DNA from: a virus
Direction: 5' to 3' (one strand)
DNA length: 50,865 nucleotides
IMG/VR virus record: IMGVR_UViG_3300045988_090630
Made by a program: the position numbers and the translations under genes. Of this stretch, positions 24,402 to 33,814 are shown piece by piece. The notes below the pieces were generated by a model that was given only the letters and a program-made list of their open reading frames with translations, made no database searches and was not told the DNA's origin. Within the stretch, counting starts at the first letter, position 1, and each line of letters starts with the position of its first letter.

Positions 24402-25994
24402 TTAACCCAGCGGGTCTGCGATGTTGGTGCCGGGGTTCTTGATTGCGCCACGGTAATCCATGACGTTGATGCCCCAGTCGAGGTAGATATCCCAGACGAA
24501 GCCCAGCTGACCGGGGGTCTCCATGCGGCGAATGGTCGGGATTTCCTGACCGTTCAGGTAGTCAACCTCGATGAAGGCGGTGTCGGTGGTGTTTGCGGTC
24601 ATAAACCACGGCATCACATTGCCGAAGCCGCCAGCCAGCGTGTTGATGGTGGGGTCCTCGATCACGTCCAGATTGCGGTACTGGTACAGCGGGTTGACGG
24701 ACTGGGTGTTGCCCTCGGTGTTGATGGTGGGGCTGTTGAACAGGGTGTAGACGTCAAAACTCATGCCGACAGGGACAATGAATGCGCCGGGGCGGATGAT
24801 GATGGGCTGGCCGAACTCGTCCTTCTGGGTGGAGAGGGTCAGGATCATGCTCTGAACTGCCGCCTTGGTGATGCCGCTGCCGGTTTTCAGCAGATTGCGG
24901 TGTTCTGCGGAGAACAGCTTCTTGCCGTCGTAGATGGCGGGGTTGCCCATCAGGATCTGATAGCACTGGGTGTTGATGGTGCGGCGGGCCGCTGCTGCAT
25001 GGCGGGCGGGGATGCTGGTCACCAGATCGATGTCGTCGTTGATGAACGCCTGACGGGACAGGGTGAACTGCTTGCCGTAGGTGCGCAGACGGCGGGTCGG
25101 CAGCTTGGCATCGGTGGGCTTGTCGTTCTTCAGCTCACCGCCCTCCGGCACTTCGAGGAAGTCACCGATGGGGCCAGCCAGATAGTTGTTGTCGTGAACC
25201 TTGAAGTCCTTAAGGCTGCCCTTTTTGGTCCAGCGGTCAAAAGTGACCGGGGCCTTGCGGTGGCCCTCGACGTAGGACTTATTGATGGCGTTGTCCAGAA
25301 TGGCGGGGAATGCTGCGGTCGGGTTGTAGAACTGACGCTGCATCAGCATGGTGAACAGGTCGTCCGAACTCTTGCGGCGGGCATCGGCCACGCCGCTGCG
25401 CTCCAGACACTCGATGGCCATGTCGCGCAGGGTCATGTTTGCCATCTGCTGTGCGCCATCGGAGGCCTTTTCAGGATTCAGGCCACCACGGATCAGCAGA
25501 CCGTCTGCTGCATCACGGCGGAATTCGTCCTCGCCGGAGCCGGTGACCTTAATGCCAGTGCGGATGGGTGCGCCGTTCTTGCGCAGGCCATCCATGATGG
25601 CTGCACGGACCTGCTCCACGGTGCTGCCGTTCTGGATATAGTCCAACTCGGAAACGCCGAAGTCACGGCACATCGCGGTGATCTCGTTGACGCGGGTGCG
25701 CTCTGCTGCAATGGCCCGCTGGATATTATCTTCGGGGCCGGGGGCGGGGTCCGTAGAACGGTTTGCGTTCGCGGGTGCTGCGGGGGTGGGGTTCTGAGCG
25801 GGTGCCGGGTCTGCCGGGGTCTGCGGGTTTTCTGCTGCCCGGATTTCCTCGGTCAGGGTGTCGATCTCACGCTGCAGGGAGTCGAACTCGGCCTGTTCGG
25901 TGTCGGTCAGGCTGCGATTGCCAGCCTTTTTTGCGGCATCGAGCAGTTCCTGCTGCCGCTTGATCTTGGCCGCTCTGATCTGCTTCTTGTCCAT
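24402..25994 (-). CDS. Major capsid protein (HK97 fold) with an N-terminal coiled-coil/Pro-rich delta region
   Basis: Internal ATG at 25994 (MDKKQIRAAK...) after AGGAGG. 530 aa, following the prohead protease. Confidence 0.85.
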   Translation of the reverse strand: MDKKQIRAAKIKRQQELLDAAKKAGNRSLTDTEQAEFDSLQREIDTLTEEIRAAENPQTPADPAPAQNPTPAAPANANRSTDPAPGPEDNIQRAIAAERTRVNEITAMCRDFGVSELDYIQNGSTVEQVRAAIMDGLRKNGAPIRTGIKVTGSGEDEFRRDAADGLLIRGGLNPEKASDGAQQMANMTLRDMAIECLERSGVADARRKSSDDLFTMLMQRQFYNPTAAFPAILDNAINKSYVEGHRKAPVTFDRWTKKGSLKDFKVHDNNYLAGPIGDFLEVPEGGELKNDKPTDAKLPTRRLRTYGKQFTLSRQAFINDDIDLVTSIPARHAAAARRTINTQCYQILMGNPAIYDGKKLFSAEHRNLLKTGSGITKAAVQSMILTLSTQKDEFGQPIIIRPGAFIVPVGMSFDVYTLFNSPTINTEGNTQSVNPLYQYRNLDVIEDPTINTLAGGFGNVMPWFMTANTTDTAFIEVDYLNGQEIPTIRRMETPGQLGFVWDIYLDWGINVMDYRGAIKNPGTNIADPLG

Positions 25995-26007
25995 AGATGG
26001 GTACCTC

Positions 26008-26538
26008 CTATATGGAATTTTTATTGATCTGAAGCTGGCGTTCCAGAATATCCAGCGGTGTGCCGGGGCCGATTTCCTCGACCTGACGGCCAACGCCCAC
26101 CGTGCTGTCTGCCGGGATGCTCACGATGCTGACCTCGTAGGGCCACCACTTGCGGACCACCTCGGCGGGGCCGGTGAAGCGGCCATCCGCAGTTGTCTTT
26201 CCTGCCAGAACTTCTTCGATTGTGTCGATGCGGTAGCCTACCGATACGCCCTTGAGCGTACCGCTCCGCACCTTTTGGTAGATGATCTCCGACTGTTCAT
26301 CGGTGTCGAACTCGATCTCTGCGTAGCAGCGGTGGTCGTCGCCGAGCCATGCCCGGATGATCCTGCCGATGACCGAATCCCGATTGTGGTTGAAAAGCAC
26401 CACGCCGATCTCGTTCAACCGGGCGAGATCGACGGCCCCGCTTGCGTGGTCGAGGATTTCATTGCCCCACCAGCGTTCGTAGGGCTCCTCGCTGGAGAAC
26501 GACAGGGTAAACTTGCGCTCATTGCCCTCGCCGTCCAT
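26008..26538 (-). CDS. Prohead maturation protease (HK97 family-like)
   Basis: LFNHNRDSVIGRI and GVSVGYRI motifs. The start is uncertain: the track start 26679 is a TTG inside the portal gene. Confidence 0.7.
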   Translation of the reverse strand: MDGEGNERKFTLSFSSEEPYERWWGNEILDHASGAVDLARLNEIGVVLFNHNRDSVIGRIIRAWLGDDHRCYAEIEFDTDEQSEIIYQKVRSGTLKGVSVGYRIDTIEEVLAGKTTADGRFTGPAEVVRKWWPYEVSIVSIPADSTVGVGRQVEEIGPGTPLDILERQLQINKNSI

Positions 26539-26578
26539 TGCTCGGATGGCTCCGCTGAAAAGTTCCCGGTGCTGGGTA

Positions 26579-28126
26579 TTACTCCGCTTTTCCGGGGGTG
26601 CTGCTGTCTGCTCCGCTGCCCGCTGCCGGAGTCTCGGTCTGCTGGGCGGGAGCTGTCTGCTGTTGCACAGCCTGTCCAAGGATTACACCTCCTAAATCGA
26701 TACCATGTTCTTCTTTGGCGTACTGAAGGACTTCTGCGATGTCGTCCACCTGAGTTTTCCAGTCAGTGCCGTTCTCGGCGGCAATCTGTTTGAAGGTCTT
26801 TTGCCCTGTCTGAAGGGCGATCTTTGTGGCGGTCGCTTCCTTGGCCGGGTCAATCCACGGCTTCGGGTCCTTGACCCATTTGTGCTGGAAGAACTTCTGT
26901 TTGTCGCTCCAAAAGCCGGGGGCTTTGATGAGGCCCGCCAGAACCACGGAAATGACGAAGGTTTCATAGATCTCGTCCATGACCTCCAGAAGAAGTTCTT
27001 CGTCCTCGACGTAGGTCATGCCATCTTCGATGAGACCCTGCCGGGTGCTGGAGTAGTTGCTCTGCGACATATCGCGGGAGGTGGCCTCATAGCTCAGACC
27101 CTGACCCGCTCCAAAGAGCCGCTGAAAAAGTTTGATGAAGCTGGATGCATCGGTCGCCTGACCCTGCGGGTTGACGGCGTACACATCGTCGCCAGCGTTC
27201 AGTTCCCGGATCATGCCGGGGGTCAGGGTCTTGCCGTCGTAGCTGGTACGAGGCCCGGTCGCTGCATTCTGGCTGCGGCCAAGGCCTGCGGTCGGCAGCG
27301 ACTTTTTGATGAACACCGAAAGGCAAGCCTCGATGCGCTGCTTCACACTGACGGCGGTCATGAATTCGTTGGCATCTCGGATGCGTGGGATTGTCTGACT
27401 CATGTCGGACATTTCCCGCAGCTGGGAAGGCCGCCGCTTGCTGAAGTAGAAGATCACGTCCTTGGCGGGGACGTAGATCGGCTCCATCATGGTGATGCCG
27501 TCCAGTGCATACTGCCGGAACCAATAACCGACCGGGCGGTTGTACTGGTTGTACTCGATGCCGCCGACAATGCGGTTGCCTTTCTCTTTGGTGTTCAGCT
27601 GGTTGCAGTCCAGTTCGTCCACCTCGAAGATCTGCAGCTGAAACGGCACCATGCCAGCGTCTGTGTATCGCTTCACAAAGAGGATGCCGCCGTCTACTTT
27701 CTTCCGGCGCACGGCCATGCGCAGCATCTGGTTGAAACTTTGGGTGCCGGTTACGTCGCAGTTCTGCTTCTTGCACCAGAGTTTCCAGAGACGTTCAATC
27801 TCGCGGGCAGTGTCCTGATCGTCCATGTAGGACTGGAGAACATAGCCACTGCCGACCGTGTTCCGAACGAACGGACCGACCACGGAGTTCATCATGTCAG
27901 AGTTTCGTTCGAGGTCTCTTGCTCTTGCCCGGACGGTGTCCCGGCTGTATCGGTCTGTAACCTCTGCGCTCTGGTTCGATGCGTACCAGCCGGAGTTGAG
28001 CCGGCTGTAGTCTCCGGCATCGTAGTGCCGGACCTCGTTCATGTACTGCCGCCAGACCTCGCGCCGTGCGCCCCACTCCGGGCTGATCCAGCCGATGATG
28101 TTGTCAAGCCATCCCATCCCGGTCAC
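26579..28126 (-). CDS. Portal protein (lambda gpB-like)
   Basis: 515 aa between the gpW-like and protease genes. Confidence 0.8.
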   Translation of the reverse strand: MTGMGWLDNIIGWISPEWGARREVWRQYMNEVRHYDAGDYSRLNSGWYASNQSAEVTDRYSRDTVRARARDLERNSDMMNSVVGPFVRNTVGSGYVLQSYMDDQDTAREIERLWKLWCKKQNCDVTGTQSFNQMLRMAVRRKKVDGGILFVKRYTDAGMVPFQLQIFEVDELDCNQLNTKEKGNRIVGGIEYNQYNRPVGYWFRQYALDGITMMEPIYVPAKDVIFYFSKRRPSQLREMSDMSQTIPRIRDANEFMTAVSVKQRIEACLSVFIKKSLPTAGLGRSQNAATGPRTSYDGKTLTPGMIRELNAGDDVYAVNPQGQATDASSFIKLFQRLFGAGQGLSYEATSRDMSQSNYSSTRQGLIEDGMTYVEDEELLLEVMDEIYETFVISVVLAGLIKAPGFWSDKQKFFQHKWVKDPKPWIDPAKEATATKIALQTGQKTFKQIAAENGTDWKTQVDDIAEVLQYAKEEHGIDLGGVILGQAVQQQTAPAQQTETPAAGSGADSSTPGKAE

Positions 28127-28362
28127 CTCCCATCAAAAAATGCGACGTAGGTATCCGAGAAGAGGCCATTGTCCTCTTCGGCTGCGATCTGCGCCGTCAG
28201 GTCGTTCCGGGTGGCGAGCAAGAGATTCAGGTCTGCACGGGTCAGGCTGCGAGAGCCGATTTTGTAGGACTGGCCGCCGACAAGCACTGCCTGAATCGCT
28301 TTGTTGACTTCTGTGAGAAGTTCGGCGGGGGTGAAGTTCCCGCTTGCAGCGATGTCTGCCAT
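28123..28362 (-). CDS. Head-tail joining protein, gpW-like (79 aa)
   Basis: ATG at 28362 (MADIAASGNFTPAELL...) after AGGAGG. GGQSYKIGSRSLTRADL resembles gpW. Confidence 0.65.
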   Translation of the reverse strand: MADIAASGNFTPAELLTEVNKAIQAVLVGGQSYKIGSRSLTRADLNLLLATRNDLTAQIAAEEDNGLFSDTYVAFFDGR

Positions 28363-28363
28363 G

Positions 28364-28546
28364 TCATGCCTCCTGTGTCGTGGCCGCTGTTGCAGCCGGG
28401 GTTGTGATGCTCGGTGTGGCCACCATGAGGATGCCACCGCCGAGAGAAGATCGGATCTGCCTCATGCCGTCGTCCGGGGCGAACGGGTAAAGGCCGACCT
28501 CCAAACCGATAAAGCCGGAGGTCGAAAGGGTCAGTAATCCAGACAC
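28364..28546 (-). CDS. Hypothetical small protein (60 aa, GTG start)
   Basis: Fills the gap between neighbours with overlapping stop and start. Codon third positions resemble the neighbouring genes. Confidence 0.4.
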   Translation of the reverse strand: MSGLLTLSTSGFIGLEVGLYPFAPDDGMRQIRSSLGGGILMVATPSITTPAATAATTQEA

Positions 28547-28815
28547 TGTACTTCAACTCCCATCGCGCTGGTTTCGTTCGCGGTGACGGCGACCTTGTCG
28601 GTCATGTCGGAGGTGCGGGGAATCAGCCGGGTGGCGATCACCTGACTGGTATTTGCCGGGATGGTTACCTCTGCATCGAGGATGCTGCAGGTGATGTACC
28701 CGGAGGTGAAGTTCTTGACCAGAAAGCGGCTGCCAGATGCTCTGAACTGGAACTCCACCGGGGTACCGCCTGTGGTGGGCTGACGAATAACTTCCATGAA
28801 TCTCATTCCTTTCAT
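28531..28815 (-). CDS. Hypothetical protein (88-94 aa)
   Basis: C-terminal part of track ORF 28531..29109. ATG 28815 overlaps the terminase stop; ATG 28797 has a better RBS. Confidence 0.5.
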   Translation of the reverse strand: MKGMRFMEVIRQPTTGGTPVEFQFRASGSRFLVKNFTSGYITCSILDAEVTIPANTSQVIATRLIPRTSDMTDKVAVTANETSAMGVEVQCLDY

Positions 28816-30665
28816 TCCTGAAGCCAGTCCTCGTTTTGAGAGATCCAGCTTTCTTCGGGTGTCGGCTGTTCCGGCTGCGGTGCGGGTGCTGTCTCCTCCG
28901 GCACGGCCTGAAGATGCAGGGTGCGTACTCCCTGAATGTCGGCTGCGGCCAGTGCGTAGACCTCGCAGTCCAGATAGTGGTTGTCTGCGTGTGAGCTTTT
29001 CTGCACCCACCGCTGGACCACGCTGCCGTTGCTGGCCTTGACGTTTATCTTGTGTTCGGCGGTGACCATCTCGGCGTACTCCCGGTCGCACCCGGAGTAA
29101 ACGGTCCATCGGCCAGCCTCCTCCAGCTTTCGCTTCATGCGGGCGGCGATCATGTCCTTGTACTTGCCGCCGTCCACCAGCACCAGCGGGATGCCGTAGG
29201 CTTTGCTGGTGGCCTTGTTTACGGTGGACAGCTTGTAGTGGGTCATCATCGGATTGCTGGAGCCTTTGCAGGGGAGTGCCCAGTCGGAGTTGTTGGCGCA
29301 GAAGTCGTAGACGCTATCCGAATCGTTGCCAGAGTCAATCAGTGCCAGATCAACCGCCATCGGAGGGCCGCCGTCCTGCCGGGGGTATTGCAGGTTCATC
29401 ACCTGTTCGACCTCGGCAAAACTGAAAGCCTGACCGTGGGCGATGTTCTGCGAGGTGATGAAATCGCCCCACGCTCTGATCGTCCAGTAGAGGCAGTTCT
29501 CCTGCACGTCCACGCCGCCTGTGAGCAACTTGGCCCACGTCGGAACCATGTACTCCGGCAGATCGGTCTGCCGTTCGAGGACGAGGTCTGCGCTGGTTTT
29601 GAGTTTGGTGTCCTCCCACGGCTCTGCCAGCCAGCTGTTCACAAAGTTCTGCAGCTTCTCCGGGTCGTCCTTGCTGTCCAGAAATTCATTGACGACTTCC
29701 GAAAAGCGAACAAATGGCGAGTAGAGGGTGTTCATCCAGAACGCCACCTTTTTGACCAGCTGGGTCTTGGATTCCACGGCTCTCCACTGGCCCTCCCGGA
29801 GCATCTGCGGCTTGTGGCGGTCGGTAATGATGCCGCCGCACTTCTGGCAGACGTAGTAGCACTTGGCTGCCCGGTCTGCGTTGGAGAGACTTTTGTCGCC
29901 GGGGAATTTCATCTGCGCCCATTTGAGTTCGATGAATTTCCCGCAGTGTGGACATGGCACGAAGTAATGCCGGACCTCGTCCGCGCTTTCGAGGGCTTTC
30001 CAGATGGGGCCTGTCCGAAGCGTCGGGGTGGAGGTCATGAAGATCTTCCTGTTGTGGAACGTCTTTGTTCGTTCCGTTGCCAGCTTGATGGGGTTCGCTT
30101 CCTTTTTGCTGGCTCCGGGGTACTTGTCCACCTCATCCAGAAAGAGAAAGCGAATTGCCTTGCTTGCGAGGCTTGCCGGGGAGTTTGAGCCGACCAGCGA
30201 GAGGTACATTCCGTCAAACTGAAGTTCCATCACGGAGGATTCTTCCTTGTGGTACAGGCTTTTCAGTGTCGGGGATGCCAGCAGCATCGGTTCGATGCGG
30301 TTGGTGGACACGCTCTTGCCGAGTGTGTCGATGGGGTAAACGACCATTGTTGGGGAGGGGTCCTGCTGCACGATGTAACCGATGCAGTTCAAGATCACCT
30401 CAGTGCCGCCGACCTGCGATGGCTTGATAAAGTCGATTTCCTCCGTTTCATAGTTTCGGAGTTCGTCCATGATACCCACGAGGTATGGGGTCTTGTCGTT
30501 CATCCATGGACCAGACACGGATGCGGTCTTGCTCTCCAGCATTCGATACTTTGCCGCCCACTCTGAGACATTGATGTCCTCTGGCGGGCGCAGGTAGCGC
30601 AGGGCCTCTTTTTGGTAGGGGGTTACCAGAAATTTACGAATCCGGGGCTTTCGGTTTGCTGCCAT
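28812..30665 (-). CDS. terL: Terminase large subunit (GpA family)
   Basis: 617 aa. KPSQVGGTE Walker-A-like motif. Lambda gpA-like organisation. Confidence 0.88.
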   Translation of the reverse strand: MAANRKPRIRKFLVTPYQKEALRYLRPPEDINVSEWAAKYRMLESKTASVSGPWMNDKTPYLVGIMDELRNYETEEIDFIKPSQVGGTEVILNCIGYIVQQDPSPTMVVYPIDTLGKSVSTNRIEPMLLASPTLKSLYHKEESSVMELQFDGMYLSLVGSNSPASLASKAIRFLFLDEVDKYPGASKKEANPIKLATERTKTFHNRKIFMTSTPTLRTGPIWKALESADEVRHYFVPCPHCGKFIELKWAQMKFPGDKSLSNADRAAKCYYVCQKCGGIITDRHKPQMLREGQWRAVESKTQLVKKVAFWMNTLYSPFVRFSEVVNEFLDSKDDPEKLQNFVNSWLAEPWEDTKLKTSADLVLERQTDLPEYMVPTWAKLLTGGVDVQENCLYWTIRAWGDFITSQNIAHGQAFSFAEVEQVMNLQYPRQDGGPPMAVDLALIDSGNDSDSVYDFCANNSDWALPCKGSSNPMMTHYKLSTVNKATSKAYGIPLVLVDGGKYKDMIAARMKRKLEEAGRWTVYSGCDREYAEMVTAEHKINVKASNGSVVQRWVQKSSHADNHYLDCEVYALAAADIQGVRTLHLQAVPEETAPAPQPEQPTPEESWISQNEDWLQE

Positions 30666-31203
30666 TGCCCTTGTCCGGGATTTCTGTTACTGCGGCCAGA
30701 TAGAACGCTTCGAGTTGTCGATTGACCTCCCCCTGCAGGTCACGTTCTATCTTCCGGGCTTCTAGTGGTTCGACGTAGCCGCTCACCATGCTGGTCAGCC
30801 GTCCGGGGAGCGACATGGCGAATTTTTTGAAGGTCGTGAAGAATCGACTGTAGTCCTCTTTGACCTTTTCCACGTCCACAAGCTGCCCGGATGCAACGGA
30901 CAGCTTCATGTTGTGGAGTTCGCCCTGCGCTTCTTTCAGGGCGATATCGGCCTGAAGTTTTTGTTCTCTCAGGTCCATTTCTTTTTCGGAGCGGTTCTTG
31001 CCGTAGGCTTTGTCCGAAAGGTATTTGACGTACTTCTGGATCGTGGGAACCAGATCGTAACGTCTACCCTCCGGGGTCTCGGTCGTGGGAAGAACGCCCT
31101 CCTGTGTGAGTTGCTGAATACGGCGGACGGTTACTCCGAACAGTTTGGCGATGACCTCCACGCGGTACATGGAGCCGCCTGCAACTTCGCCTTTATCGTT
31201 CAA
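30634..31203 (-). CDS. terS: Terminase small subunit (Nu1-like HTH)
   Basis: YRVEVIAKLFGVTVRRIQQLTQEGVLP is HTH-like. Lies upstream of terL. The start is uncertain (TTG 31203 or ATG 31170). Confidence 0.7.
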   Translation of the reverse strand: MNDKGEVAGGSMYRVEVIAKLFGVTVRRIQQLTQEGVLPTTETPEGRRYDLVPTIQKYVKYLSDKAYGKNRSEKEMDLREQKLQADIALKEAQGELHNMKLSVASGQLVDVEKVKEDYSRFFTTFKKFAMSLPGRLTSMVSGYVEPLEARKIERDLQGEVNRQLEAFYLAAVTEIPDKGNGSKPKAPDS

Positions 31204-31209
31204 ATAGAG

Positions 31210-31220
31210 CCCCCCCCCCC
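31210..31220. repeat. Homopolymer C11 (G11 on the coding strand), 7 nt upstream of the terS start
   Basis: Counted directly: c at 31210 through 31220. Confidence 0.9.
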
Positions 31221-31260
31221 GCTGATAGCTAGTTGTAATTCGTGGTCTGTCATACGGCGG

Positions 31261-32613
31261 TTAGAGCTTCTCTGCCTTTTGCCCGGTGTAGGTTTCCCAC
31301 CGCTTTATGATTACGTCGCAGTTCTTCTCGTCCAGTTCCATGCAGAATGCCGTCCGTCCGAGCTGCTCTGCTGCCATCAGGGTGGACCCGCTCCCGGCGA
31401 AAAAGTCACCGACCATCCATCCGGGGCGGCTGGAGTTGTTCATCAACCGTCCGATCAGAGGTACAGGCTTCATGGTCGGGTGCATATCGTTTCGGGTCGG
31501 TTTCGGCTCAAAGTGAACCGTGGTCTGATCCTTGTATTCCCGGAGCATCTGGTCGATGAAGGCCAGAAGTTCCTGCTTCTTCATTGACTGGAAGTCGGGC
31601 AGGTCGTCCAGAAGAACGGTGTCCTGTGTGCGGTCATTGATGAAGTAATGACCCGCTCCCTCTTTCCAGCCGTAGAGAATCGGTTCGTGCCGCCACTGAT
31701 AGTCTTGGCGACCAAGAACAAATGCGTTTTTCTCCCATATCAGGCACTGGGCCAGTTTCAGTCCGGCATCAGAATAGGCTTGCCTGAACTGAAGCCCGGT
31801 ACTCTCGGCGTGAAAAACATAAATCGCTGCGCCTGTGCGCATGGCATCGTTCATGGCCTGAAATGCTGCCAGCAGAAAACTGTAAAAGCTGGCCGCATCC
31901 ATGTGGTCGTTCTCGATGACGCTGTTCGTGCGGCTGTCGGTCTGGTCGAGGTAGTCGTTCAGAAAACCAACTTTTGCGCCGTAGTCCACGTTGTAGGGCG
32001 GGTCAGTGATTACGAGGTCGAGTTTGTTCCCGGCCATGAGAATTTCCGCATCGTCCAGAGACGTGGCATCGCCGCACATCAGGCGGTGGCGGCCCAGCTT
32101 CCAAATGTCGCCCCGGCGTGTGACCGGGGCTTCGATTTCTCCCTTGGCTGCATCCGGGTCGAAGTCGTCATCATGGGCTTCTTCCGGCACATCCAGCTGC
32201 TGGATCAAATCTTCGAGGTCATCCTGATGGAAGCCGGTCACGGAGAAGTCGTAGCCGTTGAGGTCAAGATCGGACAGGAGGTCTTTCAAAATCTGAAGAT
32301 CCCACTTGCCGGTGATCTTGTTCAGGGCCACGTTGATCATCTTTTCCTTGGCCTTGTCCCGGATGTCCAGAACGACGACCTCGGCTTCTTCGATGCCCAT
32401 GTCCATCATCACGGTACGCCGCTGGTGTCCTTTGATGATGGTGCCATCGTAATTTATGACGATGGGGTCAGCGTAGCCCAGCCCCTGAATGCTGGCCTTT
32501 ATGTCCTGATACTCCGGGTCCTCCGGGGTCAGGGCTTTTCTTGGGTTGTAGGCGGCGGGAATGAGGTCGGCCAGTCGCCGTCTCTCCATCCGCATGGGGT
32601 TGGTCTGCTGCAT
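31261..32613 (-). CDS. ParB-like nuclease domain fused to a DNA methyltransferase (N6-A/N4-C, DPPY type)
   Basis: N-terminal ParB-like region (IIKGHQRR). LVITDPPYNV motif IV and FFAGSGST motif I. ATG 32613 follows AGGAGG. Confidence 0.85.
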   Translation of the reverse strand: MQQTNPMRMERRRLADLIPAAYNPRKALTPEDPEYQDIKASIQGLGYADPIVINYDGTIIKGHQRRTVMMDMGIEEAEVVVLDIRDKAKEKMINVALNKITGKWDLQILKDLLSDLDLNGYDFSVTGFHQDDLEDLIQQLDVPEEAHDDDFDPDAAKGEIEAPVTRRGDIWKLGRHRLMCGDATSLDDAEILMAGNKLDLVITDPPYNVDYGAKVGFLNDYLDQTDSRTNSVIENDHMDAASFYSFLLAAFQAMNDAMRTGAAIYVFHAESTGLQFRQAYSDAGLKLAQCLIWEKNAFVLGRQDYQWRHEPILYGWKEGAGHYFINDRTQDTVLLDDLPDFQSMKKQELLAFIDQMLREYKDQTTVHFEPKPTRNDMHPTMKPVPLIGRLMNNSSRPGWMVGDFFAGSGSTLMAAEQLGRTAFCMELDEKNCDVIIKRWETYTGQKAEKL

Positions 32614-32622
32614 GGTGTTCAC

Positions 32623-33219
32623 CTCCTATGTGGGGTCTGAATGGGGTTTGCGTAACGAAATGCTAAAATTTTTTTAGTTTTCAGGCGAAAAACCTTCGGG
32701 CTTTCCTCGCCCCGCATCATTCTCCGGGCGGGGTAGTACCTACGCCGTGGCCGGGGAGGGGGTAGCCCCTCTCTCTCCAACACAAAGGCGCACCGAGCGT
32801 GGTTGCGGGGTGCTCCTTTGTCCGTGAAAAGGTATAAAGGAGAGAACACAACACGATGCCTACTCGTGATGGGCTTGGGCGGGCTGGCCCTTGTCCATGC
32901 GACCATTGTATTGACTTCTGGGGTCTCTTTGGGTATCTTCTTTCGCTGCCCTGCGGTTGCCCCGCATTGACCCCGCTGCGCCCCTGCGTTGCTCTGTGCT
33001 GTGGGGGCTGTGCTGCCGGGTGTCCACGGTTCCGAATGACCTTGCTCCCACGCCACACAGGGCGTGTTTTTACCGCTGGTAAAAGCAGGGCCAGACAGGG
33101 GGTGCTTTGTTTCCGGGCGTATGGTTTTGTGCTTTTTTGAATTCCTGAACACGGCGCAAAATTTCCGGGCGACAGCCGGGGCATGGAATCCGGGGTGTGC
33201 GAGGGGTGAGCCTAAAATC
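32623..33219. other. ORF-poor, GC-rich, hairpin-dense intergenic block of ~600 bp; function unknown (structured RNA, late leader or cos/pac)
   Basis: Only R/P/H-rich shadow ORFs using rare codons. Hairpins at 32685-32710, 32710-32733, 32756-32771, 33049-33066 and 33068-33084. Confidence 0.5.
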
Positions 33220-33318
33220 CAAAATGGGAAAAGAAAAAGCCGGGGCATAGCCGGGAGCCTTGGCCGGGATTTCTCTGTGCGGGAATTCCCAGTGTGCTGC
33301 CCCGGAACTATGCCCCGG
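33220..33318 (-). terminator. Large branched hairpin terminator after the ArpU-like gene
   Basis: CCGGGGCATAG (33240-33250) / CTATGCCCCGG (33308-33318) enclose ~57 nt that include GGGAATTCCC. A U-run follows on the minus strand. Confidence 0.6.
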
Positions 33319-33328
33319 TCTTTGTTTT

Positions 33329-33814
33329 TTAGTGGCCGTCCTTTTCTGTGCGCTCGACCCTCGCCCTGAACTCGGCCAGCGTGGTGCGCACCTTTTTGTA
33401 GGTGTACAGCCATTCCAGCCCTGTGCTGTACCGCCTGAAGCACGGTGCCCTTGACAGGTGGATGGTACGCATGATCTCGTTCCATGGCTTGCAGTCGATG
33501 TGGCGCATTTCCATGATCTCCCGCTCTACGGAATCCTGCGGGAGGAATTCTAGGACATCCATAATGTCCAGAATGGCCGTCGCTTCGATCTCCGATTGCC
33601 GGGCGATTCTGTCCTCAATTTCGGCCATCTTGATGGCGAGGGATGTGTTCCGACCGTTCTTTCCGGCTGGGTCCAGCTCTGTCCGAATGTCGACCAGCCT
33701 TTCCCGCAGGATCTTCTGCCGCTCCTTTGCTCGGTAATATTGGCTCAGGTATCGCTTGAGGAAGATGCGCTCATCCTCGCTCATCTGAGACGGGTGTTTC
33801 TGCATGGGAGGCAT
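33329..33814 (-). CDS. ArpU/RinA-like late transcriptional regulator (sigma70 region-4-like)
   Basis: REIMEMRHIDCKPWNEIMRTIHLSRAPCFRRYSTGLEWL resembles a sigma region-4 HTH. Positioned before the late genes. Confidence 0.6.
   Translation of the reverse strand: MPPMQKHPSQMSEDERIFLKRYLSQYYRAKERQKILRERLVDIRTELDPAGKNGRNTSLAIKMAEIEDRIARQSEIEATAILDIMDVLEFLPQDSVEREIMEMRHIDCKPWNEIMRTIHLSRAPCFRRYSTGLEWLYTYKKVRTTLAEFRARVERTEKDGH

Noticed and set aside
33020-33045. GGTTCCGAATGACC considered as a tRNA T-arm
   Set aside because: It does not match the GGTTCGAATCC-type T-loop with a flanking 5-bp stem, and no acceptor or anticodon arms could be built around it.
32619-33485. 288-aa minus-strand ORF spanning the whole non-coding block
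   Set aside because: It starts inside the ArpU-like gene in another frame. It is extremely basic and Pro-rich, and uses AGG/AGA/ATA/TTA/CTA codons avoided by the real genes. The interval also forms many stable hairpins, so it is treated as non-coding, although the open frame remains a caveat.
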